From NCBI RefSeq assembly GCF_965229775.1, contig NZ_OZ245929.1:5094430-5158429 (forward strand): 64,000 bases of DNA. Reading direction: 5' to 3'. Below, one piece after another: positions 47,607 to 55,673 of this stretch. The notes beneath the pieces were generated by a model. That model saw nothing but the letters and a program-made list of their open reading frames with translations, was not told where the DNA came from and searched no databases. The first letter of the stretch is position 1; each line of letters opens with the position of its first letter. The stretch comes from Roseibium sp. (GTDB lineage Bacteria > Pseudomonadota > Alphaproteobacteria > Rhizobiales > Stappiaceae). Both the position numbers and the translations under genes were made by a program.

Positions 47607-48413
47607 ATGAACAGTCACGACATCTCTATGGGTGGCAAGTTGGCATGCAGCGAAGCCATGTGCCGATCCAGGCTCTGCCAGCACGTCATGGGTGGCAATC
47701 TGGAAAAAAGGCACAAGGTTCTGCAGCGCGGAGACCGGCTCGGTCTGGGCGACGGTGCCTGCCGGAAAGTCTGGATCATCCTTCATGGTATGGCGGCGAT
47801 CTGCTACGGGCTCGCTGATGGCCGCCGGCAGATCCTCGGGCTGGAAACGAACGGCCACATCATGTGCGGCATGAACAGCGGCGGCCAGAATGGTTCCTGG
47901 ATCGAGGCCCTGAGCGAAACCGTCCTGTGCGAAATAGACCTGACAAGCCTTGGGACCGCTGCATATCCGGGCGGTCCTCGCCGGAATGGGCAACAGCTGA
48001 TCACCGAACTCTTCGCTGTCATTCATCACCGGCTGGAAGCCTGCTCTGCCCACCTCGTCACCCTTGGACGGCTCGACAGCACCGAACGCGTAACGCTGTT
48101 CCTGGTCGACATGGCGAGCCGTATCGGCCGTCCCGTCGGGCAATCGCTCTATTTCGAACTGCCCATGACGCGCGAGGACATTGCCGACTATCTGGGCCTG
48201 AACACGGAGACCATCAGCCGTGTCTTCTCCCGCCTGAAGAAGAGCAGACTGGTTCAGTTTCCGTCCCGCAGCGCGATCGCCATTCCCGATCCGAAAGCGC
48301 TCGAACGCCGGTTGCCGGTCGACATTCCGGATTTTTCATCGACGAGCCACGTCAGCAACTTCCTGTCTGCGGTCAATGCGCCTCAACCCGCGCGCGATGG
48401 AGCACTCACATGA
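47607..48413 (+). CDS. Crp/Fnr-family regulator with N-terminal Cys cluster
   Basis: DGRRQI, ALSETVLCEI, HTH MTREDIADYLGLNTETISR; ATGA overlap with ccmF. Confidence 0.88.
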   Translation: MNSHDISMGGKLACSEAMCRSRLCQHVMGGNLEKRHKVLQRGDRLGLGDGACRKVWIILHGMAAICYGLADGRRQILGLETNGHIMCGMNSGGQNGSWIEALSETVLCEIDLTSLGTAAYPGGPRRNGQQLITELFAVIHHRLEACSAHLVTLGRLDSTERVTLFLVDMASRIGRPVGQSLYFELPMTREDIADYLGLNTETISRVFSRLKKSRLVQFPSRSAIAIPDPKALERRLPVDIPDFSSTSHVSNFLSAVNAPQPARDGALT

Positions 48414-50395
48414 TCATCGAATTCGGACATTTCTGTCTCGTTCTGGCGCTGATCGTGGCGGTCTTGCAATCCGTTGTGCCCCTCTGGGGCGTCAGGACCG
48501 ACAATGCAGCGGCCATGCGCTTTGCGGACCACGCGGCGGAAATTCAGTTTCTGGCAACGGCAACAGCCTTTGCCGTGCTGACATACGCCTATGTCGTCTC
48601 CGACTTTTCGGTGCTGAACGTCGCCCTGAACAGCCACTCGGCCAAGCCGATGCTCTACAAGGTGACAGGCGTCTGGGCGAACCACGAAGGTTCGATGCTG
48701 CTCTGGGTCCTGATCCTGACGCTCTTCAGCGTGCTGATCGCCTTCTTCGGCAAGGCCATCCCGGTCAGCGTGCGTTCCATCGTCCTGGCGGTGCAGGCCA
48801 TGATCGGCGTCGGATTTCTGGCCTTTATCCTGCTGACGTCCAATCCGTTCGAACGTATTGCCAATCCGCCGCTGGATGGTCAGGGCATGAACCCGTTGCT
48901 GCAGGACCCGGGTGTCGCCTTTCATCCACCCCTGCTCTATCTCGGCTATGTCGGCTTTTCGACGGCGTTCTCCTTCGCGATTGCCGCGCTTGTGCGCGGT
49001 CAGGTCGATCCGAGCTGGGCGCGCTGGATGAGGCCCTGGATTCTCCTCGCCTGGTCAGGATTGACAGCGGGCATCGCGCTTGGCAGCTGGTGGGCCTACT
49101 ACGAGCTCGGCTGGGGCGGTTTCTGGTTCTGGGATCCGGTCGAAAACGCATCGTTCATGCCCTGGCTGCTCGGAACCGCCCTGCTGCATTCGGCGATCGT
49201 CGTCGAAAAGCGCGCAGCGCTTTTGAGCTGGACAATTCTCCTTGCCATCCTGACCTTCGCCCTCAGCCTGATCGGCACCTTCCTGGTGCGTTCGGGTATC
49301 CTGTCCTCGGTTCATGCGTTCGCCAACGATCCCGAGCGCGGGGTCTTCATCCTGTTTCTTCTGGCCCTTGCCATCGGTGGCGCACTCACGCTGTTTGCCC
49401 TCCGGGCCTCCGAGATCAGGGAGGGCGGAACCTTCGCGACCGTTTCGCGCGAAACCGGGCTGCTCATGAACAATGTCCTCCTGAGCGCCTGCACGGTGAC
49501 GGTCTTCGTGGGCACGCTGTTCCCGCTCTTCCTGGACGTGGCGACCAGCGACAAGATCACGGTCGGTGCGCCCTACTTCAACAGGACGTTCCTGCCGATA
49601 TTCGCCGGCGTCGTCCTGCTTGCGGCGATCGGCCCGTTCCTCTCCTGGAAGCGCGCCAATGTCCGCAGACTGCGCAAGGACGTCCTGGTCACGAGCCTGG
49701 TCACCGCCCTTGTCGGTATCGTGCTGCTCATTCTGTTCGGAGTGCGCGACCCGGTCAGCGTTTTCGGCGTTGCCATCGCGATCTTCCTGGGTGTTGCGAC
49801 CCTGTTTGATCTTGCCAGGCGTGCCGGAGCCGGAACGGCCAGGTGGTCCAGCATACCCCGCCGGCTTGCAGGCCTGCCGCTGTCCGCATGGGGCCTTTGC
49901 CTGGGTCATCTCGGCCTGGCTGTCGCCTCTGCCGGTGTCGTCGCCGCTTCACTCTGGAGCATCGAGGAAATTCAGACCGTGACACCGGGCATTCCGGTTG
50001 ACGTCGGCTCCTATCAGTACACGCTTGCCGGGGTCGAAAACGGCATGGGACCGAACTACCGCACCTCCGTTGCAACGGTTAGGGTCAGCAGAAACGGCCA
50101 GGAAGTCACCACCCTTCATCCGGAACGCCGCTGGTACCCGGTGGAGCAGAAACCAACCACGGAAGCCGGCATTGAAACGCGCTGGCATGGCGATTTCTAC
50201 GCCGTGCTGGGCGATCCGGCCGCAAACGGCCAGTTCGTGACCCGCTTCTACTACAATCCCGGGGTTCCCTGGATGTGGCTGGGAGCGTTCCTGATTTCGA
50301 TATCCGGTCTTGTTTCCCTCGCCGACCGGCGGCTGCGCCTTGGGGTTCCAACACCCTCGCGCAAGGCGTCCCTGCACCCCCAACCGGCGGAATAG
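48410..50395 (+). CDS. ccmF: Heme lyase CcmF/NrfE family
   Basis: NHEGSMLLW, HPPLLYLGY, WGGFWFWDPVENAS, SVHAF. Confidence 0.95.
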   Translation: MIIEFGHFCLVLALIVAVLQSVVPLWGVRTDNAAAMRFADHAAEIQFLATATAFAVLTYAYVVSDFSVLNVALNSHSAKPMLYKVTGVWANHEGSMLLWVLILTLFSVLIAFFGKAIPVSVRSIVLAVQAMIGVGFLAFILLTSNPFERIANPPLDGQGMNPLLQDPGVAFHPPLLYLGYVGFSTAFSFAIAALVRGQVDPSWARWMRPWILLAWSGLTAGIALGSWWAYYELGWGGFWFWDPVENASFMPWLLGTALLHSAIVVEKRAALLSWTILLAILTFALSLIGTFLVRSGILSSVHAFANDPERGVFILFLLALAIGGALTLFALRASEIREGGTFATVSRETGLLMNNVLLSACTVTVFVGTLFPLFLDVATSDKITVGAPYFNRTFLPIFAGVVLLAAIGPFLSWKRANVRRLRKDVLVTSLVTALVGIVLLILFGVRDPVSVFGVAIAIFLGVATLFDLARRAGAGTARWSSIPRRLAGLPLSAWGLCLGHLGLAVASAGVVAASLWSIEEIQTVTPGIPVDVGSYQYTLAGVENGMGPNYRTSVATVRVSRNGQEVTTLHPERRWYPVEQKPTTEAGIETRWHGDFYAVLGDPAANGQFVTRFYYNPGVPWMWLGAFLISISGLVSLADRRLRLGVPTPSRKASLHPQPAE

Positions 50396-50404
50396 GAGGT
50401 AGTG

Positions 50405-50893
50405 ATGCGCGCTCTGTTCGGGTCATTCCTTGCCGGATTGCTGTCGATCCTGGCCATACTCGCAATGCTGTCCGGTCCGGCCCTGGCGGTTGACGGTGAC
50501 GAGATGTTTGCCGATCCGGTCAGGGAAGCACGTGCGCGGGATGTCGGACGCCAGCTGCGATGCCTCGTCTGCCAGAACCAGTCGATTTTCGATTCCAACT
50601 CGGGCCTCGCCAAGGATCTGCGTGTTCTGGTCAGAACGCGCATGACCGAGGGCGATTCGGATGCCGAAATCCTCTCCTACATCGCCGACCGCTACGGCGA
50701 CTACGTGCTGTTACAGCCTAGATTTTCAATCGGCAACGGCATTCTCTGGGCGGCGCCCATCCTGGCCCTGCTGTTCGGACTCGGCGCGATGCTGCTTTAC
50801 CTGAAGTCGCGCGGCACGGGCCGCCCGGACGTTTCCTTGACTGAAAACGAGCGCGAAGCCGCGCGCAAACTTCTGCAGGAAGGACGGCCATGA
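50405..50893 (+). CDS. ccmH: Cytochrome c biogenesis protein CcmH/NrfF
   Basis: LRCLVCQNQSI, RYGDYVL. Confidence 0.93.
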   Translation: MRALFGSFLAGLLSILAILAMLSGPALAVDGDEMFADPVREARARDVGRQLRCLVCQNQSIFDSNSGLAKDLRVLVRTRMTEGDSDAEILSYIADRYGDYVLLQPRFSIGNGILWAAPILALLFGLGAMLLYLKSRGTGRPDVSLTENEREAARKLLQEGRP

Positions 50894-52317
50894 CCATGTT
50901 CTGGATACTCTCTTCAACTGCTCTTTTTCTGTGCGCTGCTTGGCTGGCCTATCCCTTCCTGCGAAAAACGGAGATAGAGCGCGATGAAACCGACGCAGCG
51001 CTCTCCATCTATCGGGATCAGGCCGACGAAATCCGGCGCGACCTGGAGTCCGGTCTGATTTCGAGACAGGAATCCGATGCCGCCCAGCGCGAGATCGAGG
51101 CCCGGGCGCTGAAAGCAGCGCGCCATTCGGTGGGCGGCATGTCGGTCACCCGCAGATCCCCCCTGACAGCAGGTGTCGTCGTTGCCGCGCTCATTGCCGG
51201 CTCTGCATCAGGTTATGCCTGGCTCGGCACGGCAGGAGCCGAGGACCGCCCGCTGGCTGCCCGCAAAACGGAGGCACTTGTGCAAAAGGCGCAAGCCGGA
51301 GATATCGGCAGCCGGATCGAGCTCCTCGTCGAAACGGTGCAGAAACATCCGGACTCCTTCGAAGACTGGTGGCTGCTGGCAAGAAGCTACGCGGCGACCG
51401 GCGACAATGCCTCCGCCGCCGATGCCTACCGCCGGGCCGCGGAGCTTTCCGGAAATGATCCGGGTGTCCTGTCCGCCTATGCCGAGGCCATGACGCTTGC
51501 GAACGGCAACAAGGTGCCACAGGCAGCAAGGATCCTGTTTCAGCAGATCCGCGCCGAAACGGGCGATCCGCGTGCGCGCTACTATCTGGCGCTCGCCAAG
51601 GCACAGGCGCAGGACTTTGACGGTGCACTTCAGGACTGGGCAGCGCTCGCCGCCGAATCCGATCCCAATGCCCCCTGGATGCCGCTCGTGAGGCGTGACA
51701 TCGTCAACATGGCCCGCTTTACCGAACGCGATGTTTCGGAGTATCTGCCGGACGCCAGCCGTGCGGAGCTCAACAAGGCGGCCGGAAAACAGACGGACGC
51801 CGACCAGTTCGCGCTTCTGCGCCGGGCAACCGCCCTGGACAAACAGCTGGAGGATGATCCCTCGGATTACAAAGGGTGGCAGGAACTCGCCCAGATCCGG
51901 GCTGCGCTCGGCGATACGCAGAAAGCCAAAGCCGCTCTTGAAGCCGCCAGAGACCGCTTTGCCGCTGCCCCCTTCATCCTGTCGAAACTCGATGCGACTG
52001 CAGCTGACCTGGGTCTGGATCTGGTTCCAGGCACCAGGACCACCAACGGCCCCAGCCAGGACGACATCGCGGCAGCCCAGGAGATGTCCGCCGAAGATCA
52101 AGCCCGGATGATCGAGGGCATGGTCGCCGGTCTTGCGGCCAAGCTGGAGGACAATCCCGACAATCCGGATGGTTGGGTGATGCTCGTGCGCTCCTATTCC
52201 CACCTGGGAGAAACCGGAAAGGCCGCGGACGCAATGGCAAGGGCAAGTGCGCAATATTCAGACAATCCCGAGATCCTGGCAAAGATCCGGGAGAACGTTG
52301 CCAGTCTCGTGCAATAG
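50890..52317 (+). CDS. ccmI: Cytochrome c biogenesis protein CcmI/CycH (TPR)
   Basis: IYRDQADEIRRDLESGLI, TPR repeats; ATGA overlap with ccmH. Confidence 0.9.
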   Translation: MTMFWILSSTALFLCAAWLAYPFLRKTEIERDETDAALSIYRDQADEIRRDLESGLISRQESDAAQREIEARALKAARHSVGGMSVTRRSPLTAGVVVAALIAGSASGYAWLGTAGAEDRPLAARKTEALVQKAQAGDIGSRIELLVETVQKHPDSFEDWWLLARSYAATGDNASAADAYRRAAELSGNDPGVLSAYAEAMTLANGNKVPQAARILFQQIRAETGDPRARYYLALAKAQAQDFDGALQDWAALAAESDPNAPWMPLVRRDIVNMARFTERDVSEYLPDASRAELNKAAGKQTDADQFALLRRATALDKQLEDDPSDYKGWQELAQIRAALGDTQKAKAALEAARDRFAAAPFILSKLDATAADLGLDLVPGTRTTNGPSQDDIAAAQEMSAEDQARMIEGMVAGLAAKLEDNPDNPDGWVMLVRSYSHLGETGKAADAMARASAQYSDNPEILAKIRENVASLVQ

Positions 52318-52344
52318 AAACACGGCTCCAGCACGCGGATCGAC

Positions 52345-52372
52345 AGACCGGTCTCGGAAACGAGATCGGTTT
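52345..52372 (+). terminator. Hairpin after ccmI
   Basis: AGACCGGTCTCG-GAAA-CGAGATCGGTTT. Confidence 0.55.
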
Positions 52373-52380
52373 GCCTATAT
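52353..52380 (+). promoter_or_regulatory. Candidate RpoH promoter for selO
   Basis: CTCGGA-N15-CCTATAT, resembling the alphaproteobacterial RpoH consensus CTTGAA-N15/16-CCTATAT (from recall). Confidence 0.4.
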
Positions 52381-52429
52381 AAAGGTCCAACCGGTGCGCA
52401 CCGCGCCGCCCACAATCCGGACCTTCGTG

Positions 52430-53911
52430 ATGAATGCCAATCCGCCGCTCTTTCAATTCGACAACACCTACGCCCGCGATCTTGAGGGGTTTTATGTCGC
52501 CTGGGAAGGCGCGAAGGTCCCGGAGCCTCAGATAGCGCTGTTCAACATTGAACTCGCACAGGAGCTCGGGCTCGATGCGAAATCCCTCGACACGCCCTAC
52601 GGCGCAAGAATCTTTGCGGGCATCGAAAGCCCGGAAGGTGCGTCCCCGCTTGCCCAGGTTTATGCAGGTCACCAGTTCGGCGGATTTTCACCCCAGCTCG
52701 GCGATGGACGGGCCCTCCTGCTCGGCGAGGTCATTGACCGAGACGGCAACCGGCGCGACATCCAGCTGAAGGGGTCCGGTCCGACCCCGTTTTCGCGCGG
52801 CGGCGACGGTAAGGCGGTCGTCGGCCCGGTGCTGCGCGAATACATCATCGGCGAGGCCATGCACGCGCTCGGCATTCCGACGACCCGGGCGCTTGCCGCC
52901 GTGACAACCGGAGAAACGATCTACCGGGAAGGCCCGAAGCCGGGAGCCGTCCTGACGCGCGTTGCCAGCAGTCACCTGCGCGTCGGCACGTTTCAGTTCT
53001 TCGCGGCCCGCGGCGAGACCGACAAGGTGCGCCAGCTTGCCGATTATGCCATCGCCCGGCACGATCCGGACCTGGCGGGAACGGACGACCGCTACCTGAA
53101 ACTCTTTTCCGGTGTGATGCAGCGCCAGGCCGACCTGATCGCGCGCTGGGTCCTGATCGGCTTCGTTCATGGCGTCATGAACACGGACAACACGACGATC
53201 TCCGGAGAGACGATCGACTACGGCCCCTGTGCCTTCATCGATGCCTACGACCCAGCGGCCGTGTTCAGTTCGATCGACCATGGCGGGCGCTACGCCTTTG
53301 GCCGGCAGCCGGTGATCGCGCAATGGAACCTTGCGCGTCTCGCCGAGGCCCTGCTCGCCCTGATCGATCCGGACGATCTCGACAAGGCCGTCGAACGGGT
53401 CAGCGAAGAACTCGGCCGTTTTCCGGACCTCTTCAAAAGGGCGTGGCTGAACGGAATGCGCGCCAAGCTCGGCCTGCGTACCGAGGCCGAAGGCGATCAG
53501 GATCTGGCAGACGCGCTGTTGGCGCAAATGCAGGAACACCGGATCGACTACACCCGGTTTTTCCGCAAGCTGTCTGATGCCGCCGCCGGTGATACCCAAA
53601 AAGTCCTTGGCCTGTTCCCGGAAGAGAACGGCTTGGAAGCCTGGCTTTCCCGCTGGCAGCAAAGACTTGATGTTGAAGCGGGCAACCCCGCAGACACAAG
53701 GAAGCGGATGAACAGCGTGAATCCGGTCTACATCCCCCGCAACCACAAGGTTGAAGAAGCGCTCGTCTCGGCGGAGGCCGGAGATTTTGACCCGGTCCAT
53801 AAGCTGCTGGGCGTGCTCGCCGATCCATTTGCCGAGCGCGACGGACTGAGTGCCTATGCCGGCCCGGCGCCGGCAGAACTCGGCCCCTATCGCACATTTT
53901 GCGGGACCTGA
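52430..53911 (+). CDS. selO: Protein adenylyltransferase SelO/YdiU
   Basis: YAGHQFG, LGDGRA, LKGSGPTPFSRGGDG, HGVMNTDN, C-terminal TFCGT. Confidence 0.95.
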   Translation: MNANPPLFQFDNTYARDLEGFYVAWEGAKVPEPQIALFNIELAQELGLDAKSLDTPYGARIFAGIESPEGASPLAQVYAGHQFGGFSPQLGDGRALLLGEVIDRDGNRRDIQLKGSGPTPFSRGGDGKAVVGPVLREYIIGEAMHALGIPTTRALAAVTTGETIYREGPKPGAVLTRVASSHLRVGTFQFFAARGETDKVRQLADYAIARHDPDLAGTDDRYLKLFSGVMQRQADLIARWVLIGFVHGVMNTDNTTISGETIDYGPCAFIDAYDPAAVFSSIDHGGRYAFGRQPVIAQWNLARLAEALLALIDPDDLDKAVERVSEELGRFPDLFKRAWLNGMRAKLGLRTEAEGDQDLADALLAQMQEHRIDYTRFFRKLSDAAAGDTQKVLGLFPEENGLEAWLSRWQQRLDVEAGNPADTRKRMNSVNPVYIPRNHKVEEALVSAEAGDFDPVHKLLGVLADPFAERDGLSAYAGPAPAELGPYRTFCGT

Positions 53912-53915
53912 GCAA

Positions 53916-54509
53916 TCAGCTTCGGCCTGCCAGCCGTTCGACAAGAAACATCATCTCCTTGTCGAGCGTGTCTTCCGTGAGGCCGACAAACCGGTCCTCG
54001 AGACTGATCGCAACGAGGCCGTGAAGGGCCGCGAAACAGGTCCGGGTGCGCGCGGCGAGTGCGTCATCGTTGAGACCGGCTTCCAGCTGCTGCAGGGGTC
54101 TGGCAATGAAGGCAAGAAGATCGACGAGTTCCTGAACATGGATTTCCGGGGTCGGAACACCTTCCGCCATCTTGAGCGCAAACAGCGTGCGCCACAGGTT
54201 GCGATGCTCCTGCGCAAAGGCCAGATAGGCGCGCGCCAGCGCCTTCAACTGCTCAAGCGGATCTGAGACCCCCTCCACGGCTGCTGCCATCGCCGCCTTG
54301 ATCCGCGCCAGGGTGACCGTATCGACAGCGGTTACCAGAGCGTCCTGGTCCTCGTAGTGCTTGTAGACCGAGCCGACCGAGTACCCCGCATCCGCCGCAA
54401 TCTTGCGGATCTGCACCGCCTCCAGTCCCCCTGCCTCGACGGCCTTGACCGCAGCTTCCAGAACCCGCCGCTGCGTTTCCTCGCTCTTAGCCTTTTGAAT
54501 GCCCGCCAT
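53916..54509 (-). CDS. TetR/AcrR-family regulator (WHG-like C-terminus)
   Basis: IRKIAADAGYSVGSVYKHY HTH; FAALHGLV. Confidence 0.9.
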   Translation of the reverse strand: MAGIQKAKSEETQRRVLEAAVKAVEAGGLEAVQIRKIAADAGYSVGSVYKHYEDQDALVTAVDTVTLARIKAAMAAAVEGVSDPLEQLKALARAYLAFAQEHRNLWRTLFALKMAEGVPTPEIHVQELVDLLAFIARPLQQLEAGLNDDALAARTRTCFAALHGLVAISLEDRFVGLTEDTLDKEMMFLVERLAGRS

Positions 54510-54530
54510 TAACCACGTCCTTCGCTTAAA

Positions 54531-54604
54531 AGTGAACTCAGTTCATTTTTTTCTTGACCTACCCTGACTCGTATGGTTTTGTCAAATAATGAACAGTGTT
54601 CATT
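54531..54604. promoter_or_regulatory. Two TetR-type operators
   Basis: AGTGAAC-TCA-GTTCATT (54531-54547) and perfect AATGAAC-AGT-GTTCATT (54588-54604). Confidence 0.75.
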
Positions 54605-54618
54605 TTTTAGGAGACACC

Positions 54619-55317
54619 ATGCTCGAACCGCTAATCAGCCAATTGAAGGCCCTGTTTGCCGGCACCGGCTTCACGCCGCGTGACGGCAGATCCCTGCAGG
54701 ACCTTGATGCCAGTATTCGCAGCGCGGCCTTCACCGTTCGCACTGCCCAGGCAGCCCTTGCCAAGGCGAAGGCCGAACAGGCAATGGACCGCAAGCGTCT
54801 GAGACAATTGAACGGTGCGATTGAAGATCTGGAAAACCGCGCACGCAACGCCCTTCTGAAAGGCGCCGAACAGCTTGCGCGGGAAGCCGCGGAAGCCATT
54901 GCCGTACAGGAAGACGAAAAGGCCGCGCTTGAAGCATCGATCAATTCCTTCGACCAGGACCTTCTGTCCCTGACCGACCATTTGCACCGGACGCAGGCCA
55001 GATTGCGGGCACTGAAGCGCGGCGAACGCACCGCCGAAGTCCGCGAGCAAATTCACAAGGCGCATTCCCTTGGCACCGGCGCAGGACAATCGGCGCTCAG
55101 CCGCGCCGAGGAACAGCTGGAAGAGATCTCCGAACACCAGGAGCGCAACCAGCTTGCGGACCGGGAATTCGCCGAGCTTTGCCCTGCGGAGAAACCGGGC
55201 GCCCTGATCGAAAAGCTCGCGGATGCAGGTTGCGGCGCGCCGGTCAGAACCCAGGCCGAGGACGTCCTCGCCCGGCTGAAATCCGACATGCCCCTGATGA
55301 TTCAAAACCAGCACTGA
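54619..55317 (+). CDS. PspA/IM30-family protein
   Basis: Coiled coil, LEN-RARNAL..G.E.LAREAAEAIA; RBS AGGAG. Confidence 0.8.
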   Translation: MLEPLISQLKALFAGTGFTPRDGRSLQDLDASIRSAAFTVRTAQAALAKAKAEQAMDRKRLRQLNGAIEDLENRARNALLKGAEQLAREAAEAIAVQEDEKAALEASINSFDQDLLSLTDHLHRTQARLRALKRGERTAEVREQIHKAHSLGTGAGQSALSRAEEQLEEISEHQERNQLADREFAELCPAEKPGALIEKLADAGCGAPVRTQAEDVLARLKSDMPLMIQNQH

Positions 55318-55330
55318 GAAAGGACACACC

Positions 55331-55618
55331 ATGCAGGACACGCAGATCAGACAATCCAGCAACTGGATGATTTTCACGGCCGTCAGCTTCAGCGTCGCGG
55401 CCATCATGATGGCGCTCGGTATCTACAATCTGGAGGCCAGCTTTTCCGCCAAGGGGTTCTACGCCATGGCCTCCCTCATGCTGGTGCACACGACCGTGAC
55501 CCTGACCAAGACCCTCCGGGACCGGGACGAAGCGGAGAAGCTGCACAACAGGCTCGAAGACGCCAAAACCGAGAAACTGCTGATGGACATCAGCAGGCCG
55601 GATCAGGACTGCCCCTGA
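55331..55618 (+). CDS. YiaA/YiaB two-helix inner-membrane protein
   Basis: KGFYAM, LTKTLRDR, ARTEKLL-like tail (AKTEKLL). Confidence 0.85.
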   Translation: MQDTQIRQSSNWMIFTAVSFSVAAIMMALGIYNLEASFSAKGFYAMASLMLVHTTVTLTKTLRDRDEAEKLHNRLEDAKTEKLLMDISRPDQDCP

Positions 55619-55673
55619 AAGCCAATGCGGGCGGCCGGACCGGCCGCCCCCGCCACCGGAGAGAACAACAGAC

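Noticed and set aside
53897-53915. Selenocysteine read-through at the selO TGA
   Set aside because: The C-terminal TFCGT already aligns with the xxCSS end of YdiU, with Cys encoded by TGC; TGA is the normal stop.
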